NCBI GenBank assembly: GCA_963712275.1
Contig: CAVQHD010000001.1
Coordinates: 768,001-832,000, forward strand
Source of the DNA: an uncultured Rhabdochlamydiaceae bacterium
GTDB lineage: Bacteria > Chlamydiota > Chlamydiia > Chlamydiales > Rhabdochlamydiaceae
DNA: 64,000 nucleotides
Reading direction: 5' to 3'
Shown: piece after piece, positions 1-10,132 of the stretch
How positions within the stretch are numbered: the first letter of the stretch is position 1
How the letters are laid out: every line of letters begins with the position of its first letter
Notes under the pieces: model-generated
The model's input: only the letters and a program-made list of their open reading frames with translations
What the model was told of the DNA's origin: nothing
Database searches by the model: none
Translations under genes and position numbers: made by a program

Positions 1-558
1 CTTTTCACCTTCTTTCATTCCTAAGAGTCCTTTGCTAAAGCCAGAGAGGGCTTCATCTAAGTTAATCATCTCTTCTTCTTTAGAAGAGTCGAAAGTTGAA
101 CCGTCGATAAATTTACCTACATATCGAATCAGAGGGGTTGAATTTTCACTGACGCAGGCTCCTTTCCCTTCTTGTGTGATACGGTATTGCAATTTCCCAT
201 TTTCTAGGCTGTGAATCTCTGAAGAGGTTTGATTTTTTACAAGGAACTCTTCTGCTTGTTTTAAATTTTGCTGAGCTGTTTCTTTAAATGCTGCTTCCTG
301 CACAGCAGTGATTGCTTCAATACATTCCACTTCTGTCATCGGTGCTTCTTTGTGCGCGGCTGCATCTTGAAGTCCCTGAATGACTTTAGCGATATCGAGC
401 TTCATGCCCATAGAGTCGAGGTTTTTCCCGAGAAGGTGTCCAAAGGCTTCAGAAATTTTTGCGACATCAGGCGCTGGTGGAGACGTTTCTTGAGCGGCTT
501 CTTCAGCTGTCAAGTAACCTAAACTCAAGCAACATAGAAAGAAAAAAATCTTCTTCAT
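1..558 (-). CDS. mip: FKBP-type peptidyl-prolyl isomerase (Mip-like), runs off window start
   Basis: Manual translation from ATG 558: signal-like MKKIFFFLCCLSLG, ISEAFGHLLGKNL, GKLQYRITQEGKG, YVGKFIDGSTFDSS; chlamydial mip-aspS-hisS order. Confidence 0.85.
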   Translation of the reverse strand, partial: MKKIFFFLCCLSLGYLTAEEAAQETSPPAPDVAKISEAFGHLLGKNLDSMGMKLDIAKVIQGLQDAAAHKEAPMTEVECIEAITAVQEAAFKETAQQNLKQAEEFLVKNQTSSEIHSLENGKLQYRITQEGKGACVSENSTPLIRYVGKFIDGSTFDSSKEEEMINLDEALSGFSKGLLGMKEGEK

Positions 559-597
559 ACTTAACACCTCACCTTTAAAGCTACCTGTTTCTTGAGT

Positions 598-2388
598 TTA
601 TATCCAAGTGATTTCGACGGGATTTGCCCGAATTTCAAGTTCATCTAACTGTTTTTTTGAGACTGTGGAAGGGGACTGCATCATTAAATCGCTCCCTTTC
701 TGCGTCTTGGGAAAAGCAATCACATCGCGGATGTTTTCAGTCTCGCAAAGAAGCATCAAGATCCGATCGAACCCTAGCGCGATTCCTAAATGAGGAGGGG
801 TCCCATATTTAAGTGCCTCCACAAAGAATCCAAACTTTTCATGAATCTCTTCAGGATTTAATTTTAAAATTTTAAAGATTTTTTCCTGGAGGTCTCCATT
901 GTGAATCCGTTGCGATCCACCTCCGATTTCATAACCATTCAAGACAAGGTCGTAGGCAAGAGCCCGAACTTTAAGAGGGTCTTGGTCGAGCATCGTGAGA
1001 TCCTCAGGATGAGGAGCTGTGAAGGGGTGGTGCTCGCTTTCGACACGAGATTCTTCGGTATTCCATCGCATGAGGGGAAAATCGATGACCCATAAGAATT
1101 TCAAATCGCCTTGAGACACGAGATTTCGATCTTTAGCAACGGTTCGTCGTAAATGGTCAAGCCCTTGATTGACTCGCTCTTCAGGTCCCGATGCAAGTAA
1201 CAAAAGATCGCCCTCTTCAAGCCCTGTTTGGGAGAACATTGCTTGCAACGACTCTTCGGAGAAAAATTTCGCTATACTCGAAGAAATCCCTTCTTTGGAC
1301 CGTTTAATCCAAGCGAGCCCTTTGAGTCCAAACTGTGCCACAAATTCGGTATATTTTTCGATTTCCTTGCGAGAAATTGAGCTTCCCCCTGTGACCTTGA
1401 TCGATTTGACGCATCCCCCTGTCGCAAGTTGATCCAGAAAAATCGAGAAGGTTGAGTTTCTGGCAATTTCATCCAAGCGAATTAAAGGCATTCCAAAGCG
1501 GAGATCTGGGCGATCGGTGCCGTAAAATTCAAGGCACTGAGCATGCGACATGCGTGGAAAAGGGGTTGGAATTTCCAGATTCATGCATCTCTTAAAAAGA
1601 CGAGCCATGAGCCCTTCCATTAAGGTCATTAAATCGTCCGGGATTCCAAAGCTGACTTCAATATCGACCTGCGTAAATTCAGGTTGCCTGTCGGACCTTA
1701 AATCTTCGTCGCGGAAACAGGTCGCGAATTGAAAATACCGGTCCATTCCAGCTATCATTAGCAGTTGTTTGAAAATTTGGGGAGATTGGGGAAGAGCGTA
1801 AAAATTTCCAGGGTAAATACGCGAAGGCACAAGATAGTCGCGAGCTCCTTCCGGAGTCGATTTCGCCAAAATGGGGGTTGAAATTTCAATGAACTGCAGA
1901 TCGTACATGTAGCTTCGAATCGCGTGCATCGCTTCATGGCGCATCACGAGATTTTGGCAGATCGATCCGCGGCGAATATCAAGATACCGGAATTTGAGCC
2001 TTAGCTCTTCATTCACATCGATGATCTCATCACTGACAGAAAAAGGAGGTGTTTTTGCGGAAGCTAAAATTTCAAGTTCTTCCACATTGATCTCGATCTC
2101 TCCTGTTGCTCGTCTGTTGTTAGCCATTCCTTCTGCGCGAGGCTTGACAGTTCCGCGTACTGAGATCACCCATTCTAACCTAATCCTTGAAGCTTTTTCA
2201 TGAAGAGGGCCATTTAAATGAGGGTCGAACACAAGCTGTGTGATCCCAAATCGGTCACGCAAGTCGATAAAAATGAGCCCTCCTAAATCTCGCCGTTTGT
2301 GAACCCAACCGGAAAGGGTTACGCGAGTCCCTGCCATCGAGAGGTTAAGTTGTCCGCACGTGTGAGATCGTCTGTAATCAAATTTCAT
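598..2388 (-). CDS. aspS: Aspartate--tRNA ligase
   Basis: RSHTCG, GARDYLVPSR, ALPQSPQIFKQLLM, PPHLGIALGFDR motifs. Confidence 0.98.
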   Translation of the reverse strand: MKFDYRRSHTCGQLNLSMAGTRVTLSGWVHKRRDLGGLIFIDLRDRFGITQLVFDPHLNGPLHEKASRIRLEWVISVRGTVKPRAEGMANNRRATGEIEINVEELEILASAKTPPFSVSDEIIDVNEELRLKFRYLDIRRGSICQNLVMRHEAMHAIRSYMYDLQFIEISTPILAKSTPEGARDYLVPSRIYPGNFYALPQSPQIFKQLLMIAGMDRYFQFATCFRDEDLRSDRQPEFTQVDIEVSFGIPDDLMTLMEGLMARLFKRCMNLEIPTPFPRMSHAQCLEFYGTDRPDLRFGMPLIRLDEIARNSTFSIFLDQLATGGCVKSIKVTGGSSISRKEIEKYTEFVAQFGLKGLAWIKRSKEGISSSIAKFFSEESLQAMFSQTGLEEGDLLLLASGPEERVNQGLDHLRRTVAKDRNLVSQGDLKFLWVIDFPLMRWNTEESRVESEHHPFTAPHPEDLTMLDQDPLKVRALAYDLVLNGYEIGGGSQRIHNGDLQEKIFKILKLNPEEIHEKFGFFVEALKYGTPPHLGIALGFDRILMLLCETENIRDVIAFPKTQKGSDLMMQSPSTVSKKQLDELEIRANPVEITWI

Positions 2389-3683
2389 GATCGCCTTTGT
2401 GCGTGATTTTGTAGAAAAGACTCGAGATCGGTCCAGCTGATTTGATGAGCCGATCGGGTTTCCATCTCTTTAACTTCAATTGTTTGCTGACCGAGTTCTT
2501 CATCCCCCACTACAACGCAAAAAGCAGCGCGGAGCGTATTTGCAAGTTGAAGCCCATGCTGGATCTTTTTGCCTGACAAATCAATCTCGACTTTCCATCC
2601 TTGGTGCCGCAAAGACAAGGTTTTCTGAAAACAAACTTCGAGCCCCTTCTCGCCTAAAGGGATAAAGAAAAGATCAGGATGGGGAGCGGCGGGAAATGGG
2701 ATCTTCTCGTTTTGCATCGTTTGCAAAATTCGCTCGATTCCCGTTGCAAACCCAACCGAAGGGAGGGAAGGGCCTCCAAGTGTTTTAAGAAGACCATCAT
2801 ATCTGCCTCCTCCTCCGATCGTATTCTGCGCTCCCAATTTCTCCGACATCACTTCAAACACCGTTTTATTGTAATAATCGAGTCCTCGAACTAACTTGGG
2901 GTCAATCACATAGGGAATTCCAGAGGATCGAAGAAGAGATTGAACTTTTTCAAAATGGGCTTTCGATTCTTCCGAAAGAAATGCATGAATCGAAGGGACA
3001 TCCTTAAGAAAGCTTTGGTCTTTAGGGTCTTTAGAATCGAGAATACGCAGGATGTTTTTTGAAAAGCGAACTTGACTATCTTCTGAGAGCGACTCGAAAT
3101 GAGGTTTAAAATAAGTTGCGAGCGCTTGCCGATACGAGGCTCGCGAGGCCTCATCTCCCACAGAATTGAGATGGACAACGAGATTTTTAAGACCAAGCCG
3201 TCGATACAGCTCGCAGAGCATATCGATCAGTTCGACATCTTGCTCTGCACTTCCAATCCCAATGGCCTCTGCTCCAAATTGATGGTGCTGCCGGTACCTT
3301 CCTGCTTGAGGCCTTTCATAGCGAAACATCGGTCCAATGTAATAAAATTTGAAGAGACCCGCCGCTTGATGAAGGTGTTTTTCGACAAAAGCACGTATGA
3401 CAGAGGCAGTCCCCTCAGGTCTCAGCGTCATTGAGCGGTCTGCTTTATCTAAAAAGGTGTACATTTCCTTCAGCACGATATCGGAGCTATCGCCCACGCC
3501 TCGCTCAAATAGTTCTGTTCTCTCAAAGATCGGTGTCCGAATCTCTTTGAATCCATAGTCCGCCGCGCAATTGTGCATGACACTTTCGACATAGTGCCAT
3601 CGATCAGAAGTCTTCCACAGATCTTCTTCTTTTGCCTCTTGAGGTAAAATATCAAAAAGCCCCTTAGGGATTGTATAGTCCAT
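2385..3683 (-). CDS. hisS: Histidine--tRNA ligase
   Basis: LRPEGTA, FRYERPQAGRYRQ, LVRGLDYY, GGGGRYD. Confidence 0.98.
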   Translation of the reverse strand: MDYTIPKGLFDILPQEAKEEDLWKTSDRWHYVESVMHNCAADYGFKEIRTPIFERTELFERGVGDSSDIVLKEMYTFLDKADRSMTLRPEGTASVIRAFVEKHLHQAAGLFKFYYIGPMFRYERPQAGRYRQHHQFGAEAIGIGSAEQDVELIDMLCELYRRLGLKNLVVHLNSVGDEASRASYRQALATYFKPHFESLSEDSQVRFSKNILRILDSKDPKDQSFLKDVPSIHAFLSEESKAHFEKVQSLLRSSGIPYVIDPKLVRGLDYYNKTVFEVMSEKLGAQNTIGGGGRYDGLLKTLGGPSLPSVGFATGIERILQTMQNEKIPFPAAPHPDLFFIPLGEKGLEVCFQKTLSLRHQGWKVEIDLSGKKIQHGLQLANTLRAAFCVVVGDEELGQQTIEVKEMETRSAHQISWTDLESFLQNHAQRRS

Positions 3684-4077
3684 AAACCTCGTTGGAAGTG
3701 ATATCTTTAGGAGTGAAATTGACAGGGTATGTCATATGGATCCTTAAACCTCATTTAAATCTTTATAGGATACAACTTAACGACTTATATCAGTAGTGTA
3801 AAAATTATTTTAATTTTATTTTAAAGTTAAGCTTAGCCTCAAGACAGGGGTGGGCAGAACTTGTTAATGAGGCCTGATTCCTATCAGCATCCTTTTTTAC
3901 ATTTATTGGTTCCAAAAAGTGTCATATTTCACACTTATTCGTACCAAAAAGTGTGAAACGTTCCTCACTTATTTCGCAAGTTGCTCACAATAAATTAGTT
4001 AAAATAAAGCGCGATTCTGTGAGGGAGGACCCACCCGAAAAGATGCACTGTTGACTTAAAAAGCACCCCAAAATCAA

Positions 4078-4106
4078 TTGACTTTGGGGTTTGAAGAAGG
4101 TACCAT
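4078..4106 (+). promoter_or_regulatory. Putative sigma66 promoter of uhpC (TTGACT-17-TACCAT)
   Basis: -35 at 4078-4083, -10 at 4101-4106, 17-bp spacer. Confidence 0.55.
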
Positions 4107-4125
4107 TTCTTCTTTGACTGGAAGG

Positions 4126-5490
4126 ATGGGTTATTTTGTGAATTTACTCCAGATTTTAAAGCCGCCTGTATCGATCACACCCCTATCGAAAGAGGATGAA
4201 ATTGAGGCCTCGTATAAGTACTGGCGCTGGCGGATCTTCTTCGGGATGTACATTGGGTATGTCTTCTACTATTTTTCCAGATACAGTTATGCAAGCATTA
4301 AGCCTCTTTTAATACAGGATTTAGGGTTTTCCAAAAGCGACTTGGGGATTCTCACGAGCGTTTTTGCGATTTCTTATGGGCTTAGTAAGTTTTTGAGTGG
4401 AATCCTCTCAGACCGTTCAAATCCGAGAATTTTCATGTCGGTTGGACTGGTCATCACGGGAATTCTCAATATTATTTTTGGCTTTTCATCAGCGCCCCTT
4501 GTGCTCGCTCTTTTATGGGGCCTTAATGGATGGTTCCAAGGGTGGGGTTGGCCTCCTTGCGCTAAACTTTTAACGCATTGGTATGCACAGAAAGAGAGAG
4601 GGACCTGGTGGGGGATGCAAAACTCATCTCATAACGTTGGAGCAGCCCTCATTCCCATCATTGTAGGATATGCCGCTCAGGCGCTTGGATGGCGGTATGG
4701 GATGTTTGTCCCAGGTCTTTTGAGTATTGGGGTGGGAGTTTTTATTTTCTTTGTTTTGCGTGATACTCCGGAAACCTTAGGGCTGCCGTCTATTGAAAAA
4801 TTTAAAAATGATGCCGATGGCCACCGAGAGCACCAAGAGAAAGAAATTTCTTTAAAAGAGCTTCTTTTCAAATACATTCTCAATAATGCTTATCTTTGGG
4901 CGCTCGGAGTCTCCTATTTTTTTGTCTACTTCATTCGAGGGGCAATTAATGAGTGGTCCCCACTCTTTCTCATGGAGACAAGAGGATATCAACTCGTCGC
5001 TGCAAATGCTGCAATGACATGGTTTGAAGTAGGAGGGCTGATTGGAAGCCTTGTGGCGGGATGGGCATCGGATAAGATCTTCAGTGGGAAGAGAGGACCA
5101 ATTAATGTCTTATTTTCTCTTGCTGTTGTCGGCGCTGTTAGCGCTCTTTGGCTTCTTCCTCCCACCAGCATGGTGGTTGATTATCTGCTCATTTTCATCA
5201 TCGGCTTTTTAATTTTTGGCCCTCAAATGTTAATTGGCATGGTCGCTGTTGAATTATCCCATAAAAAAGCGGCCGGTGGAGCCACCGGTTTTATCGGTTT
5301 TATTGCCTATTTAGGAATGGCAGGTGCAGGATACCCGCTCACTAAAATTATGGAATGGATGGGGTGGAGCGGCTTTTTTGTTGCAATTGCCTGCTGCGGA
5401 ATCATCAGCGTGATACTACTCGCGCCTTTCTGGGGAATCAAGTCTAATCCTAAATTGGCCATCCCTGAAGAAGAGCCTGCAAGGAGCTAA
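4126..5490 (+). CDS. uhpC: Hexose-phosphate (glucose-6-phosphate) MFS transporter UhpC
   Basis: YKYWRWRIF, SDRSNPR, GWFQGWGWPPC, SHKKAAGGATGF; start probably ATG 4126 or GTG 4138 rather than TTG 4078. Confidence 0.92.
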   Translation: MGYFVNLLQILKPPVSITPLSKEDEIEASYKYWRWRIFFGMYIGYVFYYFSRYSYASIKPLLIQDLGFSKSDLGILTSVFAISYGLSKFLSGILSDRSNPRIFMSVGLVITGILNIIFGFSSAPLVLALLWGLNGWFQGWGWPPCAKLLTHWYAQKERGTWWGMQNSSHNVGAALIPIIVGYAAQALGWRYGMFVPGLLSIGVGVFIFFVLRDTPETLGLPSIEKFKNDADGHREHQEKEISLKELLFKYILNNAYLWALGVSYFFVYFIRGAINEWSPLFLMETRGYQLVAANAAMTWFEVGGLIGSLVAGWASDKIFSGKRGPINVLFSLAVVGAVSALWLLPPTSMVVDYLLIFIIGFLIFGPQMLIGMVAVELSHKKAAGGATGFIGFIAYLGMAGAGYPLTKIMEWMGWSGFFVAIACCGIISVILLAPFWGIKSNPKLAIPEEEPARS

Positions 5491-5498
5491 TTAACCAG

Positions 5499-6365
5499 CT
5501 ATTTTCCAAGGACCATTATTTTATATTTTGGAACAATGACAAGGGGTTTCAAAGAGGTTAACAGGGCCAATTGGGAAGAAGGGTTTTCAATTGAATTGCC
5601 AGTAAGGTTAACGATTGTAAGATTTGTCAGGCGATTCAGGTTGGTTGGTATAGATGTGAAAGCATTAAATCTAAGATCAAGTGAATCTAAGTTTGTGAGA
5701 GAGCAGATTTCAGCAGGAAGTCTTAAAAGGTTTGAGTAATTTAAAGATAAGTCTTCTAATCGATGGAGAAGCGAAGTGGGGCTCTCTAATTCACTTTGCC
5801 ATTCAGAATGGAACTTCTGCAAGAAAGTGGGTATGGAGAGTGAAAGATGACCATTTGCGACTAATTCCTTTGCCTCTGAGCTCCACTTACTTGGGATGTT
5901 TTTCGCCTTACACATGTGGACAATATCATTGAACTCAATCCGATTTTCCATATACATGTAATACATGGTGTAATAGAGGGAAGACGTTTCCTTTCCTGAG
6001 ATTGCTGGTACGCTTGCGGGGAAAGAGAGAGGGTGCTGTAAATGCATACGTTCTTGATTTAAACCAGCGAAAATTTTTTGTTTGACTATGCTTGCATTCA
6101 TATTTGTTGGATCGAGGTTAAGGTTGGAAGGAAAGAGTTTTCTCCAGATTGAAACAACCATCTCTGGTCCACTAAGGATTTGGTGAAAAGGCCAGCAAAC
6201 TCTGCTAATGGTGTCCAAGCACTTGGATGGCATAGGGGCCGATATAATGGCATGCAAAAAAACCTCCCTTGAGAGTTCATCTGGAAGGATCCCAAATTGC
6301 CCGCATGTTGGGTTTGAATTGATGGGGGCATATGAAGGTTCTACTATTTTTTGTACTATAGCCAT
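5499..6365 (-). CDS. F-box-like plus leucine-rich-repeat protein (candidate effector)
   Basis: N-terminal LPDELSREVF...SRVCWPFHQI...IWRKL; C-terminal LxxLxLxxNxL repeats. Confidence 0.7.
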   Translation of the reverse strand: MAIVQKIVEPSYAPINSNPTCGQFGILPDELSREVFLHAIISAPMPSKCLDTISRVCWPFHQILSGPEMVVSIWRKLFPSNLNLDPTNMNASIVKQKIFAGLNQERMHLQHPLSFPASVPAISGKETSSLYYTMYYMYMENRIEFNDIVHMCKAKNIPSKWSSEAKELVANGHLSLSIPTFLQKFHSEWQSELESPTSLLHRLEDLSLNYSNLLRLPAEICSLTNLDSLDLRFNAFTSIPTNLNRLTNLTIVNLTGNSIENPSSQLALLTSLKPLVIVPKYKIMVLGK

Positions 6366-6460
6366 ACTTTCCTCCTTTTTTTAGCACCTAGTTTAATCTA
6401 GGATGTTTTTTTAAGACAATTTCTTGACCCTCTCTGCCCCAACCCGTTATTCTTAAGAGT

Positions 6461-9400
6461 ATGGGTTGGATTCCTCTTCACGTTCATTCGCAATACTCGA
6501 TTTTAAACTCGACGGCTTCAATAGAAGATCTTGTCGAAAAGGCGAAGGATTTGGGACTCCCCGCCTTGGCTCTGACAGATGAAGGGAATATGTATGGAGC
6601 CGTTGAGTTTTACAAAGCGTGCCGAGAAGCAAAGATTAAGCCGCTCTTGGGGTGCGCATTGCATCTTGCCCCAGGGCATCGAACAGAGAAAAAACGGATC
6701 CCGGGGACGCCGGCGGGATTTCCGCTGATCCTTTTGGCGAAAAATCAAACAGGATACCGCAACCTTTGCAAGCTGAGCTCTTACGCTCATCTCGAAGGTT
6801 TTTACTACACTCCAAGGATTGATAAAGAGCTTCTTGAAAAACATTCCGAGGGGTTGATTTGCCTTTCAGGGCCGATTCAGGGATTGATTCCTTTTTTAAT
6901 TCTGCAGGGGAAAGAGAGAGAGCTGGAGCAAGAGATTGATTGGTTTCAAAAGCAGTTTGGCGCCGATTTTTATTTTCAGCTTGAGCGGCATCGGATGGAC
7001 GAAGAGCAGATTAAACAAGATGGAATGGAGCGCGAAGGGTGGCTCTTGCAGAACTACCGGGACTACGTTCGAAACCAGGAAGTCGTCATCGAGCGTCTTG
7101 TAGAGATTGGACGGAGTCGAAAGATCTCTTGTGTTGCAACGCAGTCGGTCCATTATTTGGAGAGATCCGATTGGAAAGCACACGAGATTTTGATGAATAT
7201 TCAGTCAGGGGAGCCGTGCGAGATTTGGGAAAGGGACTCTCAAGGCAATCCTAAGGAGCGGGTCTTAAATCCAAAGCGGCAGGTTTATTTCTCTCACGAA
7301 TTCTATTTTAAAACACCGAAGCAGATGGAAACTTTATTTGCCGATCTTCCGGAAGCTTTGAAGATGACGGAGGAGATTGCAGGTAAGATTCAGGTGGAGC
7401 TCGATTTCAAGACTCGGTTTTATCCGATCTTTACGCCTCCTACAGGGATGACGAAAGAAGCCTATCTTCGGCACCTTTGCGAAGAGGGGGTTGTTAAGAG
7501 ATATACTCTCGATCGGCTTGCAAAGGTTCAAGAAAAATACCCTGGGCAAAATCCCTTGGAGGTTGTCAAGAGGCGGCTGCTCTATGAGCTTGATATCATC
7601 ATTTCCAAAGAGATGGGAGATTATGTCCTGATCGTTCACGATTTTATCGACTGGGCTAAGCGCCAAAAGATTCCAATGGGCCCTGGACGAGGGTCGGGAG
7701 TCGGATCGATCGTTTTATTTTTGATTGGAATCACCGACATTGAGCCGCTTCGGTTTAATTTGTTCTTTGAAAGGTTTATTAACCCAGAAAGGCTTTCATA
7801 TCCTGACGTCGACGTTGACATCTGTATGGATAGACGAGATGAAGTGATTCAATACACCGTCGAAAAATATGGCCGTGATAAGGTCGCCCAAATTATCACA
7901 TTTGGAACAATGAAAGCAAAGATGGCGATCAAAGACGTGGGACGTGTTTTAAGCGTTCCTTTACCGAAGGTCAATGGGATTGCAAAACTTGTCCCAGACG
8001 ATCTTGGGATTACTTTGGATAAAGCCCTTTCGACAGATCCAGATCTTCGAGCTGCCTATGAGACAGATCCTGAGGTGAAGGAGGTGCTTGATATTGCAAG
8101 GAAGCTTGAAGGGTCGGTTCGCAACACGGGGATCCATGCAGCGGGGCTCATTATTTCAGGAGATTCTCTCACAGATCATATTCCTGTTTGCAGCCCTAAG
8201 GATACCGATATTCTCGTCACCCAGTTCTCAATGAAGCCTGTCGAAGCGGTTGGAATGTTGAAGATCGACTTTTTAGGACTAAAAACATTGACGTCGATTC
8301 AAAAGACGGTGGATGCTATTGCAGAGCATCATGGAAAAAAGATCGATTGGGTGAATATCGACCTTGATGATAAGCCTACATTTCATTTGATGAATCAGGG
8401 AAAATTAAATGGAATCTTTCAGATGGAATCATCCGGGATGCAAGAGCTAGCCCGCCAACTTCATATTGATAAATTTGAAGAGGTGATTGCGGTTGTCGCT
8501 CTTTATAGGCCAGGTCCAATGGAGATGATTCCCTCCTTCATCCAACGGAAACACCACAAAGAGTCGATTGAAATCGATCATCCTCTCATGAAAGATGTAC
8601 TCTCCGAGACCTACGGCATCATGGTGTATCAAGAGCAGGTTATGCAAAGCGCAAGCCTTCTTGCCAACTATACTCTTGGTGAAGGGGATGTCCTTCGTCG
8701 AGCCATGGGAAAAAAAGATCGGGAAGAGATGGCTCGCCAGCGGGATAAGTTTAGGAAAGGGGCTGAGGAAAAAGGGATTGATCCTGACCTCGCAATGAAG
8801 ATTTTCGATAAAATCGAAAAATTTGCCTCGTATGGATTTAATAAAGCTCATGCAGCCGCCTATGGATATCTGGCGTATGTCACCGCATTTTTGAAAGCCA
8901 ATTACCCTGGAGAGTGGATGGCAGCGCTTCTCACATGCGATCGGGATGATGTGACGAAAGTAGCGAAGTTGATCGGCGAATGTCAATCGATGAACCTTCC
9001 GATCTTGCCGCCGGATGTCAATGAATCCGCCCATGAATTTATGGCAAATCCACGAGGAATTCGGTTTGCCATGAGCGGAATTAAAGGAGTAGGGGAAGGA
9101 GTTGTTGAAACGATTCTCGAAGAGAGAAAACGGTCGGGGCCGTACCGCTCTCTGTACGATTTTTGCTACCGGATTGATACAAAAAAAGTTGGCAAAAAGA
9201 CCATCGAACTTCTCATTGAAGCAGGGTGTTTTGATTTTACAAAAGCGTCTCGAGAAGCCATGATCCAAGCGGTTGACACGATGTATGAGGCAGCAGCAAC
9301 GCGGCAAAAAGAGACGGCCAAAGGATTGATTGATTTGTTTGGAGATGCTGCAGATGAGTTAACCATTCCTGAGCTTTCGACAAAAGCGGTTTCTCGAGCG

Positions 9401-10132
9401 CACCTTCTCAAAAGAGAGCGGGAGCTTCTCGGTTTTTACGTCACGGGACACCCTCTGGAGGAATACAAACCGCTCATTCAGAAACTCTCCTGCGTACCTT
9501 TCCATCACGTTGAACAGCTTGAAGCCGACGCCCTCTTTCGATCGGTTTTTATTCTTGATGAAATGCACATTAAAATCTCGGCAAAGACGCAAAAGAAGTT
9601 CGCCGTGCTTCAAATCAGTGATGGAGCGCTTCGTTTTGAAGTTCCCGTTTGGTCCGATCTGTTTGAACAAAAGGGACATATCCTTGCTGAAAATCAACTC
9701 TTTTATGCAATCTTGCAAGTTGATCGAAGGGAAGGGGATTTAAAGCTCCAGTGCCGATGGTTGGATGAGCTCTCTCGCGCTGATGAGGCGATGATCCAAG
9801 AATGCGATCGGGTTTATGAGAGGCTCAAAGCTCAAAAGAAAACGACCTCCTTCCGAGACAAAAAATCTTTCAAGGGAGCAGAAAAGAGGGAGCAGCTCAT
9901 GAAACTTTTTTTAAAACTTGATATTGATAAAGTTAGGCACAGTCAGATTCTTGAAATGAAGAAATTGTTTCGTCAATACTCAGGTAAGACACCGCTCGTC
10001 ATTGAATTTGCCTCTTCTTCGAAATCATATGGCCAAGTCCATGTCGATGAAAGATGGGGAGTGTCTCTGGAAAATGAGCTTGAACGCGAGCTTCAGAAAA
10101 TCCCATCCCTTTTAGGGATTGCCAAGAAGTAA
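6461..10132 (+). CDS. dnaE: DNA polymerase III alpha subunit
   Basis: PHP domain LHVHSQYS, GPGRGSGVGS, PDVDVD, FASYGFNKAHA. Confidence 0.98.
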   Translation: MGWIPLHVHSQYSILNSTASIEDLVEKAKDLGLPALALTDEGNMYGAVEFYKACREAKIKPLLGCALHLAPGHRTEKKRIPGTPAGFPLILLAKNQTGYRNLCKLSSYAHLEGFYYTPRIDKELLEKHSEGLICLSGPIQGLIPFLILQGKERELEQEIDWFQKQFGADFYFQLERHRMDEEQIKQDGMEREGWLLQNYRDYVRNQEVVIERLVEIGRSRKISCVATQSVHYLERSDWKAHEILMNIQSGEPCEIWERDSQGNPKERVLNPKRQVYFSHEFYFKTPKQMETLFADLPEALKMTEEIAGKIQVELDFKTRFYPIFTPPTGMTKEAYLRHLCEEGVVKRYTLDRLAKVQEKYPGQNPLEVVKRRLLYELDIIISKEMGDYVLIVHDFIDWAKRQKIPMGPGRGSGVGSIVLFLIGITDIEPLRFNLFFERFINPERLSYPDVDVDICMDRRDEVIQYTVEKYGRDKVAQIITFGTMKAKMAIKDVGRVLSVPLPKVNGIAKLVPDDLGITLDKALSTDPDLRAAYETDPEVKEVLDIARKLEGSVRNTGIHAAGLIISGDSLTDHIPVCSPKDTDILVTQFSMKPVEAVGMLKIDFLGLKTLTSIQKTVDAIAEHHGKKIDWVNIDLDDKPTFHLMNQGKLNGIFQMESSGMQELARQLHIDKFEEVIAVVALYRPGPMEMIPSFIQRKHHKESIEIDHPLMKDVLSETYGIMVYQEQVMQSASLLANYTLGEGDVLRRAMGKKDREEMARQRDKFRKGAEEKGIDPDLAMKIFDKIEKFASYGFNKAHAAAYGYLAYVTAFLKANYPGEWMAALLTCDRDDVTKVAKLIGECQSMNLPILPPDVNESAHEFMANPRGIRFAMSGIKGVGEGVVETILEERKRSGPYRSLYDFCYRIDTKKVGKKTIELLIEAGCFDFTKASREAMIQAVDTMYEAAATRQKETAKGLIDLFGDAADELTIPELSTKAVSRAHLLKRERELLGFYVTGHPLEEYKPLIQKLSCVPFHHVEQLEADALFRSVFILDEMHIKISAKTQKKFAVLQISDGALRFEVPVWSDLFEQKGHILAENQLFYAILQVDRREGDLKLQCRWLDELSRADEAMIQECDRVYERLKAQKKTTSFRDKKSFKGAEKREQLMKLFLKLDIDKVRHSQILEMKKLFRQYSGKTPLVIEFASSSKSYGQVHVDERWGVSLENELERELQKIPSLLGIAKK

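Noticed and set aside
8447..9307. 286-aa antisense ORF within dnaE
   Set aside because: Shadow frame of a conserved gene; the same applies to the many other antisense ORFs in the track
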